From contig CAJKVX010000002.1 in assembly GCA_905203455.1 (NCBI GenBank), forward strand, positions 1 through 34,335: DNA of 34,335 nt. Direction: 5' to 3'. Below the pieces are notes generated by a model that saw nothing but the letters and a program-made list of their open reading frames with translations, was not told where the DNA came from and made no database searches. This document shows, one piece after another, positions 1 to 6,517 of the stretch (within the stretch, counting starts at the first letter, position 1; every line of letters starts with the position of its first letter). The position numbers were made by a program, and so were the translations under genes. This DNA is from an uncultured Eubacteriales bacterium. GTDB taxonomy: Bacteria > Bacillota > Clostridia > Christensenellales > UBA1242.

Positions 1-97
1 TAATAAAAGATAAAATAATTATAACAACATAAATTAACAGTAAGATATAAATTAATACTAAAATTTAAAAAGTTCAATTAGTGGGTTGATTTAAGGT

Positions 98-2212
98 TTA
101 CCTTACAGAAACCTTGCTTCTTACCCTTATTATAAACACAATTGCAAGAACGCCTAATGCACAAGCAATAATAATTAAGATAATGCCTGCGGCATTTTGT
201 TGTTGCGTGATGCTGAAACTTAGTTGAGTTGTGTTATTCATTGCGTCTGTTAACTGAACTGTATAATTGCCTAAATCGCCACTGCCATAATTAAGAGTGT
301 AGGTTAAAGGGCGGGTTTCATCTTGGTTGTAAATTGTTGTGTTTAATATAACACTGCCGTTTCTGTAAACAGTGACCCTCATGCCAGCCTCTTGCGTTGC
401 AACTCCTGTTAAGGTTAGGTTAACTGCAGAAGTTGTTCTTTGGTTGTTTGAAATGCCAGTAATTGAAGGGGCAGACCTTGCAATGTTAAGCCTGAAATTT
501 GACTCAACATAACCGTAAATTCCGTTATAAGTTACAAGGTTTTGTATATTATTAGTTGCTGTGTAACGCTGTGTTAAATCATAACGGGTTATAATGTTTG
601 TTTGAATGTTGTCTTGCGGTAAAGGATAGGTTACACCTTCAAAATCATAAACAGAGCGAACTGACCTTAAAATTTGGAACATTATTAGTTTAACGCTGCC
701 ATCGTTAAAAGTTATTCTTATGTTATAAGACGCTTCATCTTCAAGAACGATTGAAAGATTGTTTACACCAGATGATGAATCATAAACAGTTTGTTGTGAA
801 ATAACATCTCCGCTTGATTCAATGTGATAACTTGTGTTCACAATTGAGGCTACATTATTTGAAAGATTATAAAAATTTAAATTTACCGCTCTGTTGACTC
901 TTTGCCTTTCAATGTCTGGTCGGGTTTCGGTATTAGGGTTGTAATTAACTTCTGAGACAATAAAGTTTACATTATATTCACCGCTAATTTCATTTCCAAG
1001 TTCATCGGTTTTTGGGGTGGTGGTGGTTGCTGTGCAATAAAACCCACCTTGATGATTAGCGTCAGTGTTTGTGAGATTAAAGTTATATTCAATTATGTTT
1101 GCAAGCGGATAAATTCCAGAGCCTTTGATATTGTCATTATAACTAGAAGGTTTTGAGCCGTTATAGGTGTTGTCATAAATTCTGACCTTATAACTGCCTG
1201 ATTCACTAAAAGTTAAGGTTGCCGTGTTATTAGAACTGGAAATACCGAAAAGACTAGTGATTTCTCCGTCTTCTGTTTTTCCAAAATCAAGTTTATCATT
1301 AAAGTTGTTGTAAACTTTAAGTTCATATTTTTCGGTGTCATCGCCTGCCGTTTCTTCACTTGATGTGTTAAGTTTATATTCAAATCTTAATGAATAAGCC
1401 TTGCCGTTGTGCCAAAAATCAACATAAAGTTTGTTGATGTTTCTGTTTAAATTTATTGAATTGAAATTTAATTTTAATCTAATTATGTCACTATATGTTT
1501 GGTTTTCACCGGGTCTTATAATGTCATTTTCATTTCTGTCGGGGTCTGAATTTAAAATTCGATACCAATTAATGCCGAAGTTATCATAATTTATATTTTT
1601 TGCTTGGAAAATGTAAAAAGTGAAAGAATAGTTAATTGCTTCAATGTCAGTATAATTTGTTTCAATTGTTATTTGTGTGAAAACATCGCCGCCTATTGTT
1701 GCACCAAGTTTCACAATATCGTCAGTGTCATCTCCGCGAATAAAAGAAATTGTTGTTGTTTCGCTAGTAGGAGTAAAATTAGGGAGAGAATATGTTGTTT
1801 TTGTTACTGTTATTGGGTAAGTATATTCGCCGTTATCATCCACAACAGGGGTGATGTTTACTGAGCCAACCAAATAAAGAACATTAACAAGTTGTGGGTC
1901 AGTGCCTGTTATTGTTCCGTCTGGGTCTGTTGTGGCAAAAGGAACAACTTGTTGAGAAAAGTTCTCTTTTGCGACAACAAACCCTTCTGTGCCATCAGAC
2001 TGGGTTATGTTGCAATAAGCTACAATGCTTGACGCTTGTGAAAGTAAGTCTTCACTTAATTGTTGGTCTTCTGCGCTTACAGTTTTTGTTGTTTGTGCTG
2101 TAACTGGGCATAACGCACCAAAGCAAACTGCAAAAACCATAATAACTGCTAATAATATGTGTTTTAAATTGAATTTTTTCATTCCCGTACCTTTACTTTT
2201 AGTTTTGTCCAT
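98..2212 (-). CDS. Secreted, C-terminally membrane-anchored N/T/S/Y-rich beta-repeat surface protein (candidate adhesin or recognition factor of the T4SS-like locus); no family recognised
   Basis: 704-aa ORF ending TAA. N-terminal signal peptide KKFNLKHILLAVIMVFAVCFGALCPVTA/QTT (signal-peptidase-I type, no canonical lipobox). One C-terminal TM helix AAGIILIIIACALGVLAIVFII followed by basic RVRSKVSVR; no LPXTG. A recurring G-x-Y-x-[VI]-x-[IL]..D strand motif (SGSYKVRIYD, EASYNIRITFND, LGNYTVQLTD) suggests several Ig-like beta-sandwich modules. The gene lies 152 nt downstream of the T4CP gene and is co-oriented with it. ATG at 2182 (MKKFNL...) is an alternative start with an AAAGG upstream. Confidence 0.7.
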   Translation of the reverse strand: MDKTKSKGTGMKKFNLKHILLAVIMVFAVCFGALCPVTAQTTKTVSAEDQQLSEDLLSQASSIVAYCNITQSDGTEGFVVAKENFSQQVVPFATTDPDGTITGTDPQLVNVLYLVGSVNITPVVDDNGEYTYPITVTKTTYSLPNFTPTSETTTISFIRGDDTDDIVKLGATIGGDVFTQITIETNYTDIEAINYSFTFYIFQAKNINYDNFGINWYRILNSDPDRNENDIIRPGENQTYSDIIRLKLNFNSINLNRNINKLYVDFWHNGKAYSLRFEYKLNTSSEETAGDDTEKYELKVYNNFNDKLDFGKTEDGEITSLFGISSSNNTATLTFSESGSYKVRIYDNTYNGSKPSSYNDNIKGSGIYPLANIIEYNFNLTNTDANHQGGFYCTATTTTPKTDELGNEISGEYNVNFIVSEVNYNPNTETRPDIERQRVNRAVNLNFYNLSNNVASIVNTSYHIESSGDVISQQTVYDSSSGVNNLSIVLEDEASYNIRITFNDGSVKLIMFQILRSVRSVYDFEGVTYPLPQDNIQTNIITRYDLTQRYTATNNIQNLVTYNGIYGYVESNFRLNIARSAPSITGISNNQRTTSAVNLTLTGVATQEAGMRVTVYRNGSVILNTTIYNQDETRPLTYTLNYGSGDLGNYTVQLTDAMNNTTQLSFSITQQQNAAGIILIIIACALGVLAIVFIIRVRSKVSVR

Positions 2213-2364
2213 ATTTTAATAAATAATTTAAAAATAACTAATTAATTTGTGTAAGTAATTAATTAAATTTCATTTTTATTATCTTATTTCATTTCTGCTT
2301 GCACCATTGTGCGCTTGGTGGCACTTACACAACGGTGTGCTTATTTGTGTTTAGCAAAAGTTTT

Positions 2365-4359
2365 TTAACTTTCTGTGCCTAAAACAATGCTGTTTCGCTT
2401 TTTAATGTCATAGAAAATTGCCTGCTCATTTAACCTTCTGCCTGGAACAAATGGGGTTTCCATTTCGCCATATTTATAAATTTTGTTTTTAAGTTCAAAA
2501 GCAGGGGTTATGGTTGAGCGAATAGGGAAGTATTGGAAGATTTTTGTTATGTTTTCGCCAAGCGGAATTTTGTCAAGGTCGCTTGCGTAAACAAGTGGTC
2601 TGCTTTGGAAAGAGGTGCTTGTGCTTGGACCACTTGCATCTTTGCCGTCTTTGCCTTTTGAACCACTGTTTTTGCTGTCAACCTCAATGGTGTAGTTGCC
2701 AAGTTCTTCACTAAACTGCTTTCTTGTTTCAAGGTCAGGCGTGCCATAAAACAGCGTTGCCTTGCATTGCCCACGAACAATTGCTGCCGTTTCTTTGCCA
2801 TAAACATTATCTAGTTGTGAATATGACTGAATTGCCATGTTCATGTATATCCAACGGCTTCTTCCAACGGTTATCATTTTGTCAAGTTGACCAACCTTAG
2901 GCATGTTGGCAAACTCATCAAGCAAGTAAAACATTGGGCGTTTCAAATGCGCCATGTTGTCTGAATTTGTGCTTTCATTTATTCTTGCTTTTCTTACAAA
3001 CTCTTTATATGACTGAGAAATGCAAACGCTTGCAAGACTGTATCTTGTTGCACGCTCATCAGGAATTTTAATAAAGAAGGCAGTTGGGCGGTCATCAAAC
3101 TCGCTAAATTTCAATTGGTTTTTAGCAGTAAGCAGGCAAATTCCGTTATCTGCAAACATGCTAAGTTTGTTTGAAAGTGTGCTCATGTAACCATCTCTTG
3201 TTGTTTTTGCCTGAGATTGGGTTATGTGAACAGTAAGTTGTCTTGTTTTTGAAATTGGGCTTCTGCCGTTAAAATATTGCTTGATGTATTCAAAGTCATT
3301 TTCTTTGTTCATTGCAATTTTATAGGCGTTATAGAAGTTATATTTATCAACAGTCATGCCAAGTTTTTCATTTTCACTGTCTTCAAGCATGGCAATTAAA
3401 ACTGCCATGAAATAATCTCTTGCACCATCTTCCCAACTTGATTCTTTTTCATTAGTGGTTGGGCAAATGGCTCCGCAAATGTCTTTAAGGTCTTCAAAAC
3501 AATCGTCTCTTATTTTAGATTTTTCAACTTCAACTTCAACAAGTGTGTCACGAAGGTTTGAAAAAGCCTTGCCTGAAAATTCAAACCACTCAGAGTTATC
3601 AATGCTTCCAACTTTTTTAAGGTTTGGATATTTGCTGATTGGGTCATTCATGTGCTTTAAAATTTCTTGTTCAAGATGAAGTTGTTTTTGCCAGTTAATA
3701 TAAATATATTCAAGTGGGTTCCATTGCAAACTGTTGTATGGGTCAACAAGGTCAAGAAGCAAAACATTATAGCCACTGTCTTTAAGTTTTTGGCTGTGGT
3801 GAGCGTAAATTTCACCCTTTGGGTCAGTTATAAACATTGAAGGTTTGTTTTTATATTCACTTATAATCTGCACGGCAGGTTCAATAAATGAAACAGTTTT
3901 GCCCGTTCCTGTTGCACCAACAATTAAAGTGTGGCAGTCAGGTGTTAGCCTTACTTTAAGTTTGCCCTTTTTGTATTTAGCGTAAAAGGGAATTCCACGG
4001 CTTGAAACATTTTTAAGTTCGTAAAAATCATAGGCACGAAAGGCTTTGTCTAGTTCACTATCAGTCATGAAATGTTGATTTTCAAGTTCGTCTTTACCTT
4101 TCATTTTAACTTTATCTTTACTGCTTCCTGAGCCAACAACAAAGTTTAAAAGGCCAATAACCAAAGCAATCCCCTCAATTATTGTAAACAAAAGAATTGT
4201 TGTTTCATGGCCAACATATTCACTGATAAGTGCAGTGTCAAATGTGTGAGCATCAATAAGCATTGCTAGAATTACGCTTAAAATGTAACCAAAAATTAAG
4301 CAACACACAATAAATATTAAAACGGTTGTAAACTTAGTTCCTTTTTTGCTATCTGCCAT
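2365..4359 (-). CDS. virD4: Type IV coupling protein (VirD4/TraG/TraD-family ATPase)
   Basis: 664-aa ORF. Two N-terminal TM helices (FTTVLIFIVCCLIFGYILSVILAMLI; TTILLFTIIEGIALVIGLLNFVV). Walker A TLIVGATGTGKT. Walker-B region MFYLLDEFANMPKV followed by GRSRWIYMNMAIQSYSQLDNVYG, the typical T4CP signature. Strong RBS AGGAGA 7 nt before the ATG, and a perfect TATAAT (minus strand, 4383-4388) upstream. Confidence 0.9.
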   Translation of the reverse strand: MADSKKGTKFTTVLIFIVCCLIFGYILSVILAMLIDAHTFDTALISEYVGHETTILLFTIIEGIALVIGLLNFVVGSGSSKDKVKMKGKDELENQHFMTDSELDKAFRAYDFYELKNVSSRGIPFYAKYKKGKLKVRLTPDCHTLIVGATGTGKTVSFIEPAVQIISEYKNKPSMFITDPKGEIYAHHSQKLKDSGYNVLLLDLVDPYNSLQWNPLEYIYINWQKQLHLEQEILKHMNDPISKYPNLKKVGSIDNSEWFEFSGKAFSNLRDTLVEVEVEKSKIRDDCFEDLKDICGAICPTTNEKESSWEDGARDYFMAVLIAMLEDSENEKLGMTVDKYNFYNAYKIAMNKENDFEYIKQYFNGRSPISKTRQLTVHITQSQAKTTRDGYMSTLSNKLSMFADNGICLLTAKNQLKFSEFDDRPTAFFIKIPDERATRYSLASVCISQSYKEFVRKARINESTNSDNMAHLKRPMFYLLDEFANMPKVGQLDKMITVGRSRWIYMNMAIQSYSQLDNVYGKETAAIVRGQCKATLFYGTPDLETRKQFSEELGNYTIEVDSKNSGSKGKDGKDASGPSTSTSFQSRPLVYASDLDKIPLGENITKIFQYFPIRSTITPAFELKNKIYKYGEMETPFVPGRRLNEQAIFYDIKKRNSIVLGTES

Positions 4360-4445
4360 TAAAGTTTCTCCTATATGTTTTTATTATAATGCTATTTTAT
4401 CAACAAAATAGAAAATTTTAAGTTGTTTCAATTTGATTAGATAGT

Positions 4446-4637
4446 AAGATGTTTCGACTTCGCTCAACATGACAGTGTATGGTGTTATTATATTGATAAG
4501 TCATTTCGAGAGAGCGTCAGCGAACCGAGAAATCTCTTTGTCATTTCGAGCCTGTCGAGAAATTTGAAAGATTCTTCGGCTCCCGTTGGTCGCTCAGAAT
4601 GACAGGGCAAGATGTTTCGACTTCGCTCAACATGACA
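4446..4637. repeat. Cluster 1 of REP/BIME-like palindromic units (5 units, both orientations) between pilin-like P1 and the T4CP gene
   Basis: Exact 29-nt repeat aagatgtttcgacttcgctcaacatgaca at 4446-4474 and 4609-4637. gtcatttcgagagagcgtcagcgaaccgagaaatct at 4500-4535, identical to 5192-5227. A short variant gtcatttcgagcctgtcgagaaattt at 4540-4565. An inverse-type unit agattcttcggctcccgttggtcgctcagaatgaca at 4569-4604. Confidence 0.85.
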
Positions 4638-4672
4638 AGTGGTGTTTTAAACATAACAGAAAGTGATTTGCT

Positions 4673-4969
4673 TTACTGGCTTGCCCATTGTGCAAGTGGT
4701 TCACGAATTGCATAAAGCAGAACAACCAACCCCAAAATTACTACAAGCCCAATAACAAAACTGATTATCTTTTTTTGGGCTGCCTTGCGTTCATCAGTGG
4801 TGGCGGCTTTTGAATAGCCAACACCCAAAATTATTGAATAAATTAGCCCGCACACCAAAATGATGCCAATGGCATAAGGCCCCAAAAGGTCAATGGCTTT
4901 ATAAATTGGGCTGGTAACAGCACTGTCGCCAAGTAAAAAAGAATTTGAAATAGATTTTAAAATGCTCAT
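4673..4969 (-). CDS. Small two-helix membrane protein, VirB2/TrbC pilin-like (paralogue P1)
   Basis: 98 aa counted from ATG 4969 (MSILKSISNSF...). AAAGGGA lies 4 nt upstream of that ATG. The 111-aa ORF in the track starts at a TTG (5008) that falls inside the predicted promoter spacer. The protein has two hydrophobic helices (AIGIILVCGLIYSIILGV; IISFVIGLVVILGLVVLLYAI) joined by a short charged loop YSKAATTDERKAAQKK. The core GLIYSIILGV-x-Y-x-KA is shared with P2. The functional call rests on architecture and gene context only. Confidence 0.65.
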   Translation of the reverse strand: MSILKSISNSFLLGDSAVTSPIYKAIDLLGPYAIGIILVCGLIYSIILGVGYSKAATTDERKAAQKKIISFVIGLVVILGLVVLLYAIREPLAQWASQ

Positions 4970-4998
4970 AATTTCCCTTTTTATTATGTTTATTTTTA

Positions 4999-5027
4999 AT
5001 GTTAGCAAATTGCATTCAATTTTGCAA
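4999..5027 (-). promoter_or_regulatory. Sigma-70-type promoter for P1 (TTGCAA-17 nt-TAACAT)
   Basis: Read on the minus strand: ttgcaa (5027-5022), a 17-nt spacer, then taacat (5004-4999). This sits about 30 nt upstream of ATG 4969. Confidence 0.45.
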
Positions 5028-5120
5028 ACAAATTTTGCTTGTATTCTAAAATTGCTTGTTTTTGAATGTTGATTTATAAATTAAGAAGATGTTTTGGTTA
5101 GGTTCATTGTAACACAAAAT

Positions 5121-5715
5121 GTCATTTCGAACGCAAGTGAGAAATCTAGAAGATTCTTCGACGCGTTGCACTTGCTCAGAATGACAATCCTGTCATTTCG
5201 AGAGAGCGTCAGCGAACCGAGAAATCTAAAAGATTCTTCGACGCGTTGCACTTGCTCAGAATGACAGGGTGGGGTTGGTCGCACAGAATGACAAGGGGTA
5301 GGTGGTCGCTCATGGTGACAGGGTGTGTGTCATTTCGAGAGAGCGTAAGCGAACCGAGAAATCTAGAGACCCTTCGGCTTCGCTCAGGGTGACAGGTTGG
5401 TGGGTGGTTGTTCAACATAATATGGGTGGTCATTTCGAGAGAGCGTAAGCGAACCGAGAAATCTAGACCCTTCGGCTTCGCTCAGGGTGACAGGTTGGTG
5501 GGTGGTCGCTCATGGTGACAGGGTGAGATGTTTCGACGCGTCGCAACACGCCTTTTGTTTACGCAAGGCGCACTATTGTTTGCTTGCTTTATTTTTAGGC
5601 GGTTGCTCCTTTTCACCTGCGAAAATGAAAACATTTTCTTGGTGAGAGTGCTCCCGTTGGTCGCAAAGGGAAGATGATGAGATTCTTCGACGCGTTGCAC
5701 TTGCTCAGAATGACA
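5121..5715. repeat. Array 2 of REP/BIME-like palindromic units (at least 13 units or fragments) filling the divergent intergenic region between P1 and P2
   Basis: Forward-type units (gtcatttcga...gagaaatct) at 5121-5147, 5192-5227, 5329-5364 and 5429-5464. Inverse-type units (agattcttcgacgcgttgcacttgctcagaatgaca) at 5151-5186, 5231-5266 and 5680-5715. Variants ending ...ctcagggtgaca at 5365-5394 and 5465-5492. Fragments ...ggtcgc[at]ca[gt][ag][at]tgaca at 5275-5293, 5301-5320 and 5501-5520. A truncated unit at 5526-5550. The forward unit resembles the reverse complement of the inverse unit (tgtcatttcgag vs tgtcattctgag; cgagaaatct vs cgaagaatct). Adjacent forward plus inverse pairs therefore form imperfect palindromes of about 75 nt. 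Confidence 0.85.
5329..5506. repeat. Near-perfect 100-nt-period tandem duplication inside the REP array
   Basis: 5329-5408 (80 nt) and 5429-5506 (78 nt) are identical except for a 2-nt indel (atctagaGAccc vs atctagaccc). The flanking ggtggtcgctcatggtgacagggtg is also repeated exactly, at 5301-5325 and 5501-5525. Confidence 0.9.
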
Positions 5716-5781
5716 GGGTGGGGTTGTTAGGTAAGGGAATTGTAAAAAATTGAAAAAATTGTAAAAAAGGTATCATTTTGT

Positions 5782-5810
5782 TTGCTGGTGTCAAAAATTT
5801 GTGGTAAGAT
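5782..5810 (+). promoter_or_regulatory. Sigma-70-type promoter for P2 (TTGCTG-17 nt-TAAGAT with a TGn extended -10)
   Basis: ttgctg at 5782-5787, a 17-nt spacer ending tgg, and taagat at 5805-5810, 35 nt before ATG 5845. Phased A-tracts precede it (ttgtaaaaaa / ttgaaaaaa / ttgtaaaaaa, 5740-5768), resembling an UP element. Confidence 0.45.
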
Positions 5811-5844
5811 AAGGCTATAAAATTTAGGTTAAGGAGAAAACAAA

Positions 5845-6258
5845 ATGAAATTTTTGCAAAGCATGACGAACTTTTTGGCAAGCGGCGAGGGAGCTGGAGA
5901 TTCAACAGTCGGCGGACTTGATAAAGTTGTTAATACCGCTTATGAATCATTCATCGATGTAGTAAACATTGTTTTGCCTATCATTTTAGGTGTTGTTTTG
6001 GTTTTTGGTTTGATTTATTCAATTATTTTGGGTGTTAACTATGCAAAGGCAGAAGACAGCAATGCAAGAGACGAAGCCAAAAAAAGATTAATTGGTGCAA
6101 TTGTTGGTATTGTTGTTGCATTAGTGTTAATGGCAATTATTTGGCTTGTTCTTACTCAAGTTAATTTGGAAGGTTTGTTCCAAGTTCCTACCGAGACACC
6201 AGGTGGTGACGAAAAAACATCATCTGCAATCATTGGCATGATTTCTAAATTGTTTTAA
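5845..6258 (+). CDS. Small two-helix membrane protein, VirB2/TrbC pilin-like (paralogue P2)
   Basis: 137-aa ORF with RBS AAGGAG 8 nt upstream of the ATG. Helices IVLPIILGVVLVFGLIYSIILGV and LIGAIVGIVVALVLMAIIWLVL are joined by the loop NYAKAEDSNARDEAKKR. The N-terminus (MKFLQSMTNFL vs MSILKSISNSF) and core are shared with P1. P2 has an extra C-terminal tail of about 35 aa. It is the first gene of the plus-strand unit and is followed by two terminator hairpins. Confidence 0.7.
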   Translation: MKFLQSMTNFLASGEGAGDSTVGGLDKVVNTAYESFIDVVNIVLPIILGVVLVFGLIYSIILGVNYAKAEDSNARDEAKKRLIGAIVGIVVALVLMAIIWLVLTQVNLEGLFQVPTETPGGDEKTSSAIIGMISKLF

Positions 6259-6272
6259 TTAATGGTTTAGGC

Positions 6273-6301
6273 AAAAAAGGTCACATTTTGGTGGCCTTTT
6301 T
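6273..6301 (+). terminator. Rho-independent terminator/attenuator after P2
   Basis: Stem aaggtcac (6277-6284) pairs with gtggcctt (6291-6298): 8 bp with one G-U pair and a 6-nt loop. An A-run precedes it and ttttt follows. Confidence 0.6.
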
Positions 6302-6362
6302 GTGGTGTTTAAGGCTGGCAAAAGTTGGGGAATTTTGGCGAATTTGTTGTGGCAAAAATTGT

Positions 6363-6390
6363 AAAAAAAGGCAAAAATATTGCCTTTTTT
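6363..6390 (+). terminator. Second terminator-like hairpin between P2 and giant A
   Basis: Stem ggcaa (6370-6374) pairs with ttgcc (6380-6384), loop aaata. It is extended by A7 (6363-6369) pairing with T6 (6385-6390). It overlaps the -35 of the next predicted promoter. Confidence 0.45.
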
Positions 6391-6417
6391 GTTTGGCTTA
6401 GTTTGGGGCAATATGAT
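6389..6417 (+). promoter_or_regulatory. Candidate promoter for giant A / virB4 operon (TTGTTT-17 nt-TATGAT)
   Basis: ttgttt at 6389-6394, a 17-nt spacer, and tatgat at 6412-6417, about 100 nt before the GTG at 6518. The A-tract block aaaaattgtaaaaaa (6354-6368) lies upstream; the same 15-mer occurs at 5754-5768. Confidence 0.35.
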
Positions 6418-6517
6418 ATTATTATATTAATTAAATAAATTGTGTCTTAAAATGTAGAATGTGATAGGTTTTTACATTTTGTGCAGATACTAAACAAAAG
6501 TTAAAGGGGAATTTTGG

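Noticed and set aside
75-91. Possible att-like direct repeat flanking the whole locus: caattagtgggttgatt (75-91) vs aatttagtggtggatt (25317-25332)
   Set aside because: The match is only a 7-mer core (ttagtgg) plus gatt, with a gap and a mismatch. Matches of this quality are expected by chance when two AT-rich spacers of 100-250 bp are compared. No integrase supports it either. It is worth re-testing only if the locus proves to be variably present.
2285-2345. GC-richer patch with short inverted repeats (cacca/tggtg; acac/gtgt; gcac/gtgc) between the T4CP and surface-protein genes, considered as a terminator or oriT
   Set aside because: The stems are only 4-5 bp with long loops and no U-run, and no nick-site consensus or relaxase is available for comparison. 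The evidence is too weak to call.
4970-5008. TTG-initiated 13-aa extension of P1, and likewise the TTG 31664 start of proS
   Set aside because: The TTG at 5008 lies inside the predicted promoter spacer, and the ATG at 4969 has the RBS. For proS, the TTG is only 3 nt from the GGGAG, while ATG 31670 is correctly spaced.
4446-5715. CRISPR array hypothesis for the repeat clusters
   Set aside because: The units occur in both orientations and vary in length and sequence. They abut each other without unique spacers of regular size, and no cas genes are present. The pattern fits REP/BIME-like elements or MITE debris, not CRISPR.
5081-5905. Four minus-strand ORFs (67, 74, 72 and 66 aa) in the P1/P2 intergenic region
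   Set aside because: They are read-through translations of the palindromic repeat units (peptides such as HSEQVQRVEESFRFLGSLTLSRND). They have no RBS, overlap one another in different frames, and the last one overlaps the P2 promoter and start. I treat them as non-coding repeat DNA.
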